A stretch of 52,998 bases of DNA from Deltaproteobacteria bacterium (GTDB lineage Bacteria > Desulfobacterota > Desulfobulbia > Desulfobulbales > SURF-16): NCBI GenBank assembly GCA_016208225.1, contig JACQYM010000061.1, positions 1 through 52,998 of the forward strand. Reading direction: 5' to 3'. The notes beneath the pieces are model-generated. The model was not told the origin of the DNA, ran no database searches, and worked only from the letters and a program-made list of their open reading frames with translations. Of the stretch, positions 35,282-45,087 are shown one piece after another. A program made the position numbers and the translations under genes. How positions within the stretch are numbered: position 1 is the stretch's first letter; each line of letters opens with the position of its first letter.

Positions 35282-35678
35282 TGCATGCCCCTGACTATGT
35301 ATAGGATTTCTGTATGCCGTAGAGAGTTATCAACAATAATTGACAGGAGGTAACAGCAATAAGGGTGCCATTTTTCGTTTTTCGTTGCGGACTTTGCGGG
35401 TTATTGTTTGTAGATACTTGATTTGATAATATAAAATTTGTGATCGTGGGGAGGGGGCTATTGGCTGGGCAGGCAGCGGCGCATAGTCCGACTGGGTGAT
35501 ATGACCATATTGTGCGGGCCGCTCACTCGCTGGAAGCCCATGCTGGTGGGGAATTTGGCGTATCCGGGGATTCAGGGGGGGGGACGGGACCAGGGATCGC
35601 CCCGTGCCGTACCTGGGAGGAAATGCGGCGGAGCCGGTGACGGCTCCGCCGGGGCAGTGCGGAAAGCGGGAAAGCGGG

Positions 35679-36500
35679 TTATTTTTTTCTGAACTTCCGC
35701 CGCTGCATCGCGGCCAGGCCGAAAATGCCTGAGCCGAAGAGCATCATGGTTGCGGGTTCGGGCACCGGAGCGGTTGTGCCGCGGCCCATCAGGTTGTCGT
35801 TGCCGCAGCCCATGGTGAAATGGGCCACGAACTGCTGGGCCGGATCAAGAAAGGAGAGGTCGACGCCCGCTGCGTAGTGGATGCCGCCGACCAGTCCGCC
35901 CACCGCCGCGTCGGCGAGACCCGCCGCGTAGTCGATGCTGCCGCTGCCTATCATTGTGCCGCCCGACAGATAAAGCCAGGGATTGGCCGCCGGGTCGAGC
36001 ACGTTGTCCGGGATCTCGTTCTGCGGATAATAGGCGGTGATGGTCTTCACATCCGCTGTGTCAAGCCGGTACACCAGATAGGTGAGATTGGTGAAGTTCA
36101 GATCCAGGACATACTCATAGCCGAAACTGCCGGAAACGATGCTGTTGCCCGTTTTGGGAATATAGCCGGCCGGGGCTTGCGATGCGCCGTAGCTGCCGTT
36201 GGTATCAAGAAAAATATCGCCGGAGGTGAAGGTTGGATAGCCGCTTACCCCGTTTTTGAAGTTGAAGCCGCCGACCATGGTCAGGCTGTTGTGCTGCTGA
36301 TAAAATGCCTCCAGGTCCCAGACCTGGCTGTTCACCATGCCCGGTTCCGTTTCCCGGTCTTCGCCGCCCGTGCCGAGGCCGGTATAGCCGGAGCCGTCAT
36401 AGATGGTGATATTGTTGGCGTAACTCAAGGCAGATGCGTGGACGGCGCAAAAAAGGCAGGCGGCAAGACACAGGGTAACGGAGGTTGCGTATATTTTCAT
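35679..36500 (-). CDS. PEP-CTERM sorting-domain secreted protein
   Basis: Signal peptide MKIYATSVTLCLAACLFCAVHASA. C-terminal VPEPATMMLFGSGIFGLAAMQRRKFRKK gives PEP, a TM helix and a basic tail. Confidence 0.85.
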   Translation of the reverse strand: MKIYATSVTLCLAACLFCAVHASALSYANNITIYDGSGYTGLGTGGEDRETEPGMVNSQVWDLEAFYQQHNSLTMVGGFNFKNGVSGYPTFTSGDIFLDTNGSYGASQAPAGYIPKTGNSIVSGSFGYEYVLDLNFTNLTYLVYRLDTADVKTITAYYPQNEIPDNVLDPAANPWLYLSGGTMIGSGSIDYAAGLADAAVGGLVGGIHYAAGVDLSFLDPAQQFVAHFTMGCGNDNLMGRGTTAPVPEPATMMLFGSGIFGLAAMQRRKFRKK

Positions 36501-36837
36501 GTAAATGGCGCTCCTTGTTGAATGCGGCATTGGTGGCGAAATCGTATTTCAGCATCGTGCTGTCCCTGTTGTACTGCACTGATTGTGCCACATGATTGAG
36601 CCGAGACAATTTGTCGCAGTTTCAATGGGTTGTCTGGAGCGGGATTGTGGGGCGGGCGGCGGGTATGGCCGGCCTTTCCGTCATTTCGGACAAGTTAATT
36701 CAAAAAAGCGGAAAAGCCTGTCTGTTTTGGCGGAAAGAAGCGGATGCTTGGGTCTGCCAGGCCTTCTTTGCTTGCTGCCTTCGCATTGCCGGGGCGGGCA
36801 GCAAGCGGAGAACGCCTGGGAAAGATCGGGTTACGGA

Positions 36838-38106
36838 TCAGGCGAAGCGGTTGGTGAAATAGGGGGCCAGCACTTCGGGCAGCCTGATGGAACCGTCTTC
36901 CTGCTGGTAATTTTCATAGATTGCAGCCAGGGTGCGGCCCACGGCCAGGCCGCTGCCGTTCAAGGTATGCACGAGGGCGCTCTTTTTTTCGCCTTTGGGG
37001 CGATAGCGGATGCCGCCTCTTCTGGCCTGGAAATCGAGAAAGTTGCTGCAGGAGGAGATTTCCCGGTATCTGTTCTGGGCCGGCATCCACACCTCGATGT
37101 CGTAGGTCTTGGTGGCGGAAAAGCCCAGGTCGCCGGTGCAGAGCACGACGACGCGATAGGGGAGCTTGAGCAGCTGCAGCACCTCTTCGGCGTCGGCCAG
37201 CAGGGATTCGAGTTCGGCGTCGGAGGTTTCAGGGGTGGTGAATTTGACCAGTTCCACCTTGTCGAACTGATGCTGCCGGATGAGGCCCTTGGTATCCTTG
37301 CCGTATGAGCCGGCTTCAGAGCGGAAACAGGGGGTGTAGGCGCAGTATTTGACCGGCAGCTCATCGGCGGCAAGGGTTTCGTCGCGGTGGATGTTGGTCA
37401 CCGGCACCTCGGCCGTGGGGATGAGATAAAGATCCCAGCCTTTGGCCTGAAACAGGTCGGCTTCGAATTTCGGCAGCTGGCCGGTGGCGGTCATGGTGGC
37501 GCTGTTGACCAGAAAGGGAGGCAGTACCTCCTGGTAGCCGTGCTTCTGGGTATGCAGGTCAAGCATGAAGTTGATCAGGGCGCGTTCCAGCCGGGAGGCA
37601 AAACCTTTCAGCAGGGCAAAACGGGCCCCGGATATCTTGGCCGCCCGCTTGAAATCAAGGGAGCCGTCCGCTTCGCCGAGTTCCCAGTGGGCCTTCGGCT
37701 GAAAGGCCAAGGGGGTGGGTTCGCCCCATTTTTTCACCTCGACATTATCGCTGTCATCCTTGCCGGCGGGCACAGAATCATGACAGATGTTGGGGATTTC
37801 CATGACGATTTCCTGGAGATCCGCCTCGATCTTCGTAAGATTTGTCTCAATCTCCTTGATTCGGTCGTTCACCTGCCGCATCTCGGCAATAAGGGCCTCG
37901 GCGTCGGCCTTCTGTTTTTTCAGCTCGGCGATGGTCTGGGACACGGTATTGCGGCGGTTGCGCAGCACCTCGACTTCAGCGAGCTGCTCCCGCCGTTGGC
38001 GGTCAATGTCAACAAATGCATCGATCCGGCTGCTGGTGATGTTGCGGAGTTTGATTTTTTCCTTGACCAGGTCGATATTGTCCCGGATGAAGCGGAGTTC
38101 CAGCAT
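36838..38106 (-). CDS. serS: Serine--tRNA ligase
   Basis: [21 protein letters not shown]..., a coiled-coil N-arm, and the class II motifs [25 protein letters not shown] and [18 protein letters not shown]. Confidence 0.95.
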   Translation of the reverse strand: MLELRFIRDNIDLVKEKIKLRNITSSRIDAFVDIDRQRREQLAEVEVLRNRRNTVSQTIAELKKQKADAEALIAEMRQVNDRIKEIETNLTKIEADLQEIVMEIPNICHDSVPAGKDDSDNVEVKKWGEPTPLAFQPKAHWELGEADGSLDFKRAAKISGARFALLKGFASRLERALINFMLDLHTQKHGYQEVLPPFLVNSATMTATGQLPKFEADLFQAKGWDLYLIPTAEVPVTNIHRDETLAADELPVKYCAYTPCFRSEAGSYGKDTKGLIRQHQFDKVELVKFTTPETSDAELESLLADAEEVLQLLKLPYRVVVLCTGDLGFSATKTYDIEVWMPAQNRYREISSCSNFLDFQARRGGIRYRPKGEKKSALVHTLNGSGLAVGRTLAAIYENYQQEDGSIRLPEVLAPYFTNRFA

Positions 38107-38112
38107 GGTTTC

Positions 38113-39630
38113 TTATCCTTTTCTGCTGCTTTTCTTGATTGCCATGGCCGCGAAATCACGAAACAGACTCAGGGCCTTGATGCTGTTTTTGTTCAGTTTC
38201 GGTCTGCCCGTTTTGCGGTCCATATAAAGCAGGGCGATGGCCTTATTGTTGACAACGATCGGGAAGAGGTAAACGGTTCTGTCTTTGACGAGATAATGGA
38301 TATTGTCCGGAAAAGCCCTGGTGGTATCGGCTTCTATGGCAATATCCTTGCACAGCTTCATGGCGCGCGGGATGGCCTGGTCCGCATTGGACATCGGCTG
38401 TTCAAAATTGCTGATATCCGCGGCATCAATGTCGCCCAGGCCAAAGCGGCCGGTCAGCACGGTTCTGGTGGCCTGGATGCTCAGCACGCACAGAATGACC
38501 CGGTCAAAGCCGATGCCCCGGTAAATGGCTTCGAGCAGGTTGGCATAAAATTCATTGAGCTGAAAGGGTCCCATCAGCGTCTCGGTCATCTCCATGATGA
38601 ACTGGTTGATGGACTTGTCGGTGGAAGGCAGCTCGCCCAGTTCCTCCACTTCCTGCCATCCCTGCTTTGTCCCGTCCGCCCGCATTTCTTCCTGCCCCGG
38701 GGGGATGGGCTCAAATCTGGCGGCCTTTTCCAGTTTGCTGTGGATTTTCAGTTTCGACAGGCCGTAGCGGATGGAGTCGGAGATGTCCTGGGATGCCTCC
38801 ACGCCTTTATGCAGGAGAGCCAGGGCCTGTTCCTGATTGATGGCGATGATCTCTCCGTACCTGCCCAGCAGTTCGCTGGTATCTTCCTCGTTGCAGACCA
38901 TGTCGACAAAGCGGTTGCTGAAATCGGCGAGGTTCTGCAGGTAGCCTTCCGAGTCGTAACTGTTTTTGGGCTTGGCCGGGTGAATGTCCATGGAGATGAC
39001 GATCTTGTGTGAGAGATTCCAGAATTTGGCAATCTCCTGGCCCAGATCGGCAAAGGTCAGATTTTCGAGCAGTTCCCGGGTCGCCGTTTCCTCCGGGATG
39101 CCTTTGGCCAGGCTGCTTTCTATCTTTTTATAGATATCGGGCATGTAGATGAAGGTGATAATCTTGCCCAGATTGTGGAGAAGCCCGCAGATAAAGGCCT
39201 CTTCCGGCAGCACGTTCAGTTTTTTTTCGTTGACCAGGTCCCGGCACTGCAGGGCGCTGAGAAAGGAGCGGGTCATCAGCTTGCTGATGCCTTCTTTTTC
39301 GACCCCCGCCTTGATGAAATTTTCAAAAATGGCGATGCCGGTGGCCAGGTCCCGCACCGCGTCAAAGCCGAGAATGGTGACCGCCTTGGAAATGGAGCTG
39401 ACCGGTTGGCCCAGCGAGTAATAGGCGGAATTGACCACCTGCAGGACCTTGTTGGTCAGGGAATAGTCTTTCAGGATGACGCGTGACAGGTCGTAGGATG
39501 TGCTGCGGCTGCTGTGTACCAGAGAGATGAGCTCCTGCACGTGGCTTGACATGGCGGGCAGCGCGTTGATGTTCATCTTGGCAAAGATTTCCGCCAGTTT
39601 CCCTGATGCGGGGTTTTTTGATTCCGTCAT
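38113..39630 (-). CDS. HDOD domain protein with C-terminal GAF-like domain (paralog of 7092-8558)
   Basis: LPAMSSHVQELISL...ILKDYSLTNKVLQVVNSAYYSLGQPVSSISKAVTILGFDAVRDLA...GLLHNLGKI. The C-terminus reads FDRVILCVL...TVYLFPIVVNNKAIALLYMDR. Collinear with the 7092 protein along its full length. Confidence 0.85.
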   Translation of the reverse strand: MTESKNPASGKLAEIFAKMNINALPAMSSHVQELISLVHSSRSTSYDLSRVILKDYSLTNKVLQVVNSAYYSLGQPVSSISKAVTILGFDAVRDLATGIAIFENFIKAGVEKEGISKLMTRSFLSALQCRDLVNEKKLNVLPEEAFICGLLHNLGKIITFIYMPDIYKKIESSLAKGIPEETATRELLENLTFADLGQEIAKFWNLSHKIVISMDIHPAKPKNSYDSEGYLQNLADFSNRFVDMVCNEEDTSELLGRYGEIIAINQEQALALLHKGVEASQDISDSIRYGLSKLKIHSKLEKAARFEPIPPGQEEMRADGTKQGWQEVEELGELPSTDKSINQFIMEMTETLMGPFQLNEFYANLLEAIYRGIGFDRVILCVLSIQATRTVLTGRFGLGDIDAADISNFEQPMSNADQAIPRAMKLCKDIAIEADTTRAFPDNIHYLVKDRTVYLFPIVVNNKAIALLYMDRKTGRPKLNKNSIKALSLFRDFAAMAIKKSSRKG

Positions 39631-39771
39631 TTTACCTTTGGATATTCTTTAATATAGTTACACTATGGTTCGTTTAAATGTTATTATACGGGAAAAGAAA
39701 AAGAATTGCCATAGGATAGGTCAACATTCTCAACCGCTGCGGCATCGACGTATAACAATCGCTGTGAGCAT

Positions 39772-40752
39772 ATGATAAAAAATGAGGCGCCCAAGGCCCT
39801 GTTGAAACTGGTGGCTGGCGGAGAAGAACAGACATGGCCGCTGGCCGGCAGAACCACGTACCGCCTGGGACGGGGGGAGGGGAGTGATATTCTCCTGCCC
39901 TATCCGTGGGTGTCCCGCCAGCACGCCATGGTGCAGGTGGAGGCCAATGCCAGCCATAATATCGTCGATCTCGGCAGCGCCAACGGCACCTTTGTGAACA
40001 ACAGACGGGTCTATACCCCCACCAGATTAAGCAGCAACGACCGGGTCAGGATCGGCAGATCGGAGCTGATTTTTCTGCAGGAAAATTTGCTGCCGGCCGA
40101 TACCGGAGATGAATCGGACGCGACCGGCGATGAAACGGTCGCCTTTCTGCAGAAAAACCGGATGACGATTCTGGTCTGCGATATCCGGGGGTTCACCTCG
40201 CTGGCCGAAGAAATCGGCGCCGGCCGCATCTCGGCGTTTCTCGCCCTGTGGACCAGGGAGGTGGCGGCGGTGATCCGGAAAAACGGCGGCCAGGTGGACA
40301 AATTCATCGGCGACGCGGTGCTGGCCGTGTGGCCCGGCGGGGCGGATTTCACCGCGGTGGCCATGGCCCTGCTGTCGGCGCTCGAGGTCAGCATGGTGAC
40401 GGCAAGACTCGGCCGCAGCATGGAGGGGGGCGCCAGGGAATTGAAGATAGGGGCTGCGGTCAATACCGGCGAAGCGGTGATGGGCAATATCGGCGTTGAC
40501 GGGCAGCGGGATTCCACCATTGTCGGCGATGCGGTGAATGTGGCCTTCCGGCTGCAGGACATGACATCCCGGCAGAAAACGGATCTGCTGCTCGGGCACG
40601 ACAGTTTTCTGCAGCTGCCGGATGCGGGCGCCTGTTTCACCCCGGGGGAATTCACGGTCAAGGGCAAGGCGGGGTCGCTGGCCGCCCACAGCGCCACGTT
40701 TGCCGATGTGCGGCGCTATCTTGCGGCAAGGCGGTCGATGCTGAAAAAATAG
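39772..40752 (+). CDS. FHA domain fused to a class III adenylate/guanylate cyclase
   Basis: FHA: YRLGRGEGSDILLPYPWVSRQHAMV...DLGSANGTFVNNRRV. Cyclase: ILVCDIRGFTSLAE, KFIGDAVLAVW, TIVGDAVNVAFRLQD. Confidence 0.9.
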   Translation: MIKNEAPKALLKLVAGGEEQTWPLAGRTTYRLGRGEGSDILLPYPWVSRQHAMVQVEANASHNIVDLGSANGTFVNNRRVYTPTRLSSNDRVRIGRSELIFLQENLLPADTGDESDATGDETVAFLQKNRMTILVCDIRGFTSLAEEIGAGRISAFLALWTREVAAVIRKNGGQVDKFIGDAVLAVWPGGADFTAVAMALLSALEVSMVTARLGRSMEGGARELKIGAAVNTGEAVMGNIGVDGQRDSTIVGDAVNVAFRLQDMTSRQKTDLLLGHDSFLQLPDAGACFTPGEFTVKGKAGSLAAHSATFADVRRYLAARRSMLKK

Positions 40753-40912
40753 CTGCGGGAAATGACATTTGTCAAATTATGTGACATAGTTGGAGATGAG
40801 CGGGCAATCATTGTATTGGTCCGGTGGTGTTTTGTGACAATTTGCCGGCATGGATACGGAGAAACGATCAGTCAATTAACTTCGGCACAGTCAGGGGTGA
40901 TAGGGGTGGATT

Positions 40913-41674
40913 ATGGCTGTTTGGGCGATTAAGCTGCATGACAAGGTTGTGAAGCAGTTTGCGATTGATGAGGGGGAACGGTTGGTCATCGGCCGCAGTT
41001 CCGAAGCGGATGTGGTTGTTGATAATACGGCCATATCCCGCAAGCATACGGCTCTTGAAAGAAGGAACGGCGTCTATTTCCTGGAGGACCTCGGCAGTCT
41101 GAACGGCACCATGGTCAACGGCAAAAAGATAGATTCCTGCGTGCAGCTTTTTGATGAAGATGTGGTCGAGATCGGCAAATTTCTGCTGATTCGGGCCGAG
41201 GCGTTGAAAGATGCCAAGTTCTCGTCCCAGAGCGCGCCGCTGGATTATGGCGATGAAACGGTTTTCGTCAAGCGGGATGCCGGGGCCGCGGAGAAGGCCA
41301 GGGAAAAGGTGAAGGCCCTCCACAGCCTGACCGTGATCAAAGGGGCGGGCAGCCCGGCGGATGTGCCGCTGCATGGCCGGAGCAGCGTCAAAATCGGCAA
41401 GGACATCAATTGCGATCTGCGGATCTCCGGCTGGTTTGTGGCCCAGGCCCAGTGCTATGTCATTAACCGGGACAAGAAGTTTTATCTCGTGCCGCAGCGC
41501 AGCTGGGTGAAGACCAGCGTGAACGGCATGCCGGTCAAGGAGGAGCGGGAACTGAACAAGGGGGATGTCATTGAAATCCGCGGAGTGCAGATCCGTTTTG
41601 TCTGGCCGCCATGCCTGTCATGCCTTTTCATTGAAATATCGAGAGACTGCAGCAATGACGCTGCAACCCTGTGA
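40913..41674 (+). CDS. Tandem FHA-domain protein
   Basis: FHA 1: LVIGRSSEADVVVDNTAISRKHTAL...DLGSLNGTMVNGKKI. FHA 2: VKIGKDINCDLRISGWFVAQAQCYV...TSVNGMPV...GDVIEIRGVQIRF. Confidence 0.85.
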   Translation: MAVWAIKLHDKVVKQFAIDEGERLVIGRSSEADVVVDNTAISRKHTALERRNGVYFLEDLGSLNGTMVNGKKIDSCVQLFDEDVVEIGKFLLIRAEALKDAKFSSQSAPLDYGDETVFVKRDAGAAEKAREKVKALHSLTVIKGAGSPADVPLHGRSSVKIGKDINCDLRISGWFVAQAQCYVINRDKKFYLVPQRSWVKTSVNGMPVKEERELNKGDVIEIRGVQIRFVWPPCLSCLFIEISRDCSNDAATL

Positions 41675-41727
41675 TCGCGGGCTTTCCGGCAGCGAGCACG
41701 GTTTTCACTGTTTGCGGGATAGGAACC

Positions 41728-43083
41728 ATGCTGAGCCGGTTTTTTAAATGGGGGAGCAAGGGGGTGAAGACGGAGGAGCCCGGGGAGGTTTCGCCGCCCG
41801 CGATGGCGACCCGGGTGTTGCCTGCGCAGCAGCCTGCCGCCGAGCATATCGATCACCTGAACTGGCTGCCCGGCGAGATTATCAATGACCGGTACCGCGT
41901 CGAGCGCATCTTCAGCGGCGCCATGGGCAAGGTGTACATTGCCGAGCATCTGGCCTGGGGCGTGCTGATGGCCATCAAGGTGCCCAGGCCCGAGGTGTGG
42001 GCCGACCGGGAAGGGCTGCAGCGCATCCTGCGGGAGGCCAACGGCTGGATCAGCCTTGGCCTGCATCCGAATATCGCCTCCTGCTACTATGTCCGCACCA
42101 TTTCCAGAATACCCCATATCTTCATCGAATATGTGTCCGGCGGCACCCTGGAGGAATGGATCAACCGGGGCCGCTGCCAGGACATGCGCACCGCCCTGTC
42201 CATTGCCATCCAATTCTGCAACGGCATGGAATACACCCATGCCAAGGGATTCATCCATCGCGACATCAAGCCGCAGAATATCCTGCTCACCAAGGACGGG
42301 CTGGTAAAAATCACCGATTTCGGCATCCTGCGTCTGATCCGGGACAACAGCCGGGAGGTTGATGCGCCGCAGAAGAACGGGCAGAACAAAAACGCCACCG
42401 TCGGTTTCCGCGGCACCCCCAACTACGCCTCGCCGGAACAGCTGCGCAATGCCCATCGGGTGGACCGGCGTACCGATATCTTTTCCTTCGGTCTCTGCCT
42501 GTGGATGATGTTCTGCGGCAAAAGGCCTTATAAGCAGAATCTGGAAGGCACCTGCCCCGAACCGGTGGCGGTAAAACCGGAAATCGTCCTGCCCGAGAGT
42601 CTGAAAGCGATTTTAAAAAAATGCGTGGCCTTCAAGCCGGATGATCGGTTCCCGGATTTTACCGAACTGAAGGAGTCGCTGAATCAGGTTTATCTGGAGC
42701 TGTTTCATGTGGCCTGCCCCTATGCCATTATGGGGAAAATCGATCTCCGCGCCGAAAATATGAATAACCGGGCCGTGTCGCTGGCGGAACTGGGGAGGTA
42801 TCAGGAGGCGGAATCGGTCCTGATGCACACCCTGGAAATCAATGAAACGATGATCGAGGCCCTTTATAACTCCTACATGCTGAAATGGTGCAAAGGCGCG
42901 GAAAGTCCGGAGCGGCTGCTGCGCAGCATCGAGGCGAGCAAGAAACGGTTCCCCAAGCTCTCCATCTTTGATGATCTGGAAAAAGAGATTGCCGAATACA
43001 TCGAGCATGCGGACGACGGGCGCGGCCCAGAGCGGACCAGGGAGCCCCAGCTGCTCCCAGCTGCGCAGCTCTGTCCATCATAA
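41728..43083 (+). CDS. Hanks-type Ser/Thr protein kinase with TPR-like C-terminal region
   Basis: GAMGKVYIAEH...AIKVPRP, HRDIKPQNILL, KITDFG, GTPNYASPEQ. Start assumed at ATG 41728; the ORF opens at GTG 41671. Confidence 0.85.
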   Translation: MLSRFFKWGSKGVKTEEPGEVSPPAMATRVLPAQQPAAEHIDHLNWLPGEIINDRYRVERIFSGAMGKVYIAEHLAWGVLMAIKVPRPEVWADREGLQRILREANGWISLGLHPNIASCYYVRTISRIPHIFIEYVSGGTLEEWINRGRCQDMRTALSIAIQFCNGMEYTHAKGFIHRDIKPQNILLTKDGLVKITDFGILRLIRDNSREVDAPQKNGQNKNATVGFRGTPNYASPEQLRNAHRVDRRTDIFSFGLCLWMMFCGKRPYKQNLEGTCPEPVAVKPEIVLPESLKAILKKCVAFKPDDRFPDFTELKESLNQVYLELFHVACPYAIMGKIDLRAENMNNRAVSLAELGRYQEAESVLMHTLEINETMIEALYNSYMLKWCKGAESPERLLRSIEASKKRFPKLSIFDDLEKEIAEYIEHADDGRGPERTREPQLLPAAQLCPS

Positions 43084-44152
43084 TATTCTGACTCTGCTGC
43101 AGAACAGGCGTCTGACGGAGTGTTACGATACCCTGCTGGTCAGCTGGGGCAATGAACGGTTCAAGAAGGATAAATTTTATTATAAAATCTACGAGCAGCT
43201 GCTGCCCGAGGGCAGAAAGCGGGCCCTGTCCGCGGTACAGCGGGTCATGACCCATGCCGGCGCCGGCGGGCCTGCCGTTCTGCTGGCCAGCCTGCCGGCC
43301 CGCAAACTGCTCTTTTCCGCGGCGCCCGGCATGAAAGTGCATGTGTGCAATGTGACGGAAAAAAAACCGGGAGTACTTTTTGTCGAGACCGGCAGCCGCG
43401 TCACCGCCCTGGCCGCGGGGAGTTCCTCTCTTGCCGTGGGGCAGGAAAACGGTGCGGTGCTGTTCCGTTCCTTTAAGAGCGGGACGGAGAATACGGTGCC
43501 GGTGGGGAAAAGCGCCGTGCAGGCGCTCGCCTTCAGCACTGACGGCAGGCAGCTGCTGGCCGGGCTGGCGGACGGCGGCATCGTGCTGGTGGAAACGGCC
43601 GGGGGAAAATTAAGGAAGATCGCCTCCGGCGTGGGCGGCGGGATCCGCGTTGTCGGCTGGGCAAAGGATTTCTCCTTTGCCGTGGCCTGCGAGGATGGAT
43701 CGCTGCGTTTTTACAACGGGAAATCAGGGGAGTGTCAGCGGGAGATCGCGGCCCATGCGCTGCCGACGGCCTCCATGTGGGTCAGTGGCGACGGGACAAA
43801 AATCGCAACCGGCAGTGCCGACCGGCTGGTCAGGGTCTGGGACTGGATGACGGGACGCTGCCTGCAGACGATGGAGGGCCATGAAGACGCGGTAACCTCC
43901 GTGCTGCTGCTGGAGGACGGGCAGACAGTGGTCGCCGGTTTCGAGGATGATATCATCAAGCTCTGGAACTGGCAGACCGGCAAATGCACCCAGATTCTTG
44001 ATGCCCGGGGAGACGGGGTGCGCAGTCTGGCGCCGGGGCCGAAGCCCCACACCTTTCTTTCCGGCCGCCAGGACGGGGCCATTGTCCTGTGGACCATCAT
44101 TTATTACCTTGAGTTTGAGGACGGGATGCCCTCCGCCCTGCGCAGCTATTGA
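42968..44152 (+). CDS. WD40-repeat protein; 5' end uncertain (possibly the frameshifted C-terminal part of the kinase)
   Basis: Repeats end in VRVWDWMTGRC, IKLWNWQTGKC and IVLWTI. The first ~38 codons overlap the kinase 3' end in another frame and look non-protein-like. Confidence 0.7.
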   Translation: MMIWKKRLPNTSSMRTTGAAQSGPGSPSCSQLRSSVHHNILTLLQNRRLTECYDTLLVSWGNERFKKDKFYYKIYEQLLPEGRKRALSAVQRVMTHAGAGGPAVLLASLPARKLLFSAAPGMKVHVCNVTEKKPGVLFVETGSRVTALAAGSSSLAVGQENGAVLFRSFKSGTENTVPVGKSAVQALAFSTDGRQLLAGLADGGIVLVETAGGKLRKIASGVGGGIRVVGWAKDFSFAVACEDGSLRFYNGKSGECQREIAAHALPTASMWVSGDGTKIATGSADRLVRVWDWMTGRCLQTMEGHEDAVTSVLLLEDGQTVVAGFEDDIIKLWNWQTGKCTQILDARGDGVRSLAPGPKPHTFLSGRQDGAIVLWTIIYYLEFEDGMPSALRSY

Positions 44153-44242
44153 CCCCATGCCGGGGAGCGCAACCGGATAGAAGGGTATATCTACAATTAC
44201 TGGGGCCTGGCCCTCACGCCGCTAAAATCAGGGAGAGGCAGC

Positions 44243-45010
44243 ATGCTGCGGTTTCTGAAAAATTTGTTCAAAGCTCCTCAGGAGGCCCTTGCCTGTTTCG
44301 GCCGCACCGACACCGGCATGGTGCGCAAAAATAATGAGGATAATTTTGCCATTCTGGCGGAGCGGAATCTTTTCGTGGTTGCCGACGGCATGGGCGGCCA
44401 TCAGGCCGGTGAAATCGCCAGCCGGGTGGCAACGGAGAATCTGATCGATTTTTTTTCAGCGGAGAAAATCAGGGAGATCCGGGGCAATCCCGCCGCCATC
44501 CAGCACGGGCTCATCGCCAGTTTCTACCGGACCAATGAGAGGGTGATGGACATGGCGGCGGAGCAGGCGGAGCTGCATGGCATGGGCTGCACCCTGGTGG
44601 CCTGCCTGGTCGATGGCGATGCCGCCTATATCTGTCATGTCGGCGATGTCCGCGCCTATCTTGATGACGGGTATATTTTAAAGCAGCTCACCAATGACCA
44701 TTCCCTGGTCGTTGATCAGGCCGCTGGCCTGAATGGGACGGGGGCGGCAAGCGGGGCGGGCCGCAATATCATCACCCGGGCCATCGGCTTTCCCTTTGCC
44801 GAAGACCCGGAATTTCACCGGGTGGCGCTGACCCCGGGCCATAAGATCCTGCTCTGTTCGGATGGTCTGTGGGGCATGGTGGGTGATGAGGAGATGCAGC
44901 AGATCCTGAGCAGCGCCGGCTCGCCCGAGGAGGCGTGTGACAATCTGGTGCGCCGGGCGAATGAGGCGGGCGGCAAGGACAATATCACGGCGGTGGTCGT
45001 CTATGTGTAA
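44243..45010 (+). CDS. PP2C-family Ser/Thr protein phosphatase
   Basis: GRTDTGMVRKNNEDNF, VADGMGGHQAGEIAS, LLCSDGLW, GGKDNITAVVV. Confidence 0.9.
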   Translation: MLRFLKNLFKAPQEALACFGRTDTGMVRKNNEDNFAILAERNLFVVADGMGGHQAGEIASRVATENLIDFFSAEKIREIRGNPAAIQHGLIASFYRTNERVMDMAAEQAELHGMGCTLVACLVDGDAAYICHVGDVRAYLDDGYILKQLTNDHSLVVDQAAGLNGTGAASGAGRNIITRAIGFPFAEDPEFHRVALTPGHKILLCSDGLWGMVGDEEMQQILSSAGSPEEACDNLVRRANEAGGKDNITAVVVYV

Positions 45011-45087
45011 GAGTCAGGAGTCAAAATCCGGGAGCCGGAATTCAGAAGGAAGAAAAGCATTTATTCTGACTCCTGAATTCTGAATCG

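Noticed and set aside
35380-35660. Riboswitch or sRNA in the 400-bp spacer between 35281 and the PEP-CTERM gene. This includes a possible TTGTTT-N17-TAATAT promoter, an AGUCCGA element vaguely like a B12 box, and the GGCGGAGCC/GGCTCCGCC hairpin at 35629-35652.
   Set aside because: No downstream + strand gene is present to regulate. The B12-box similarity is only 5-6 nt. The hairpin lacks a U-tract on the strand where it would terminate the PEP-CTERM transcript.
40762-40787. CRP/FNR-like operator upstream of the tandem-FHA gene (TGACAT-N13-TGACAT with the TGAC-ATTT-GTCA palindrome)
   Set aside because: Half-sites and spacing do not fit TGTGA-N6-TCACA or TTGAT-N4-ATCAA. The evidence is only short repeated hexamers in AT-rich DNA.
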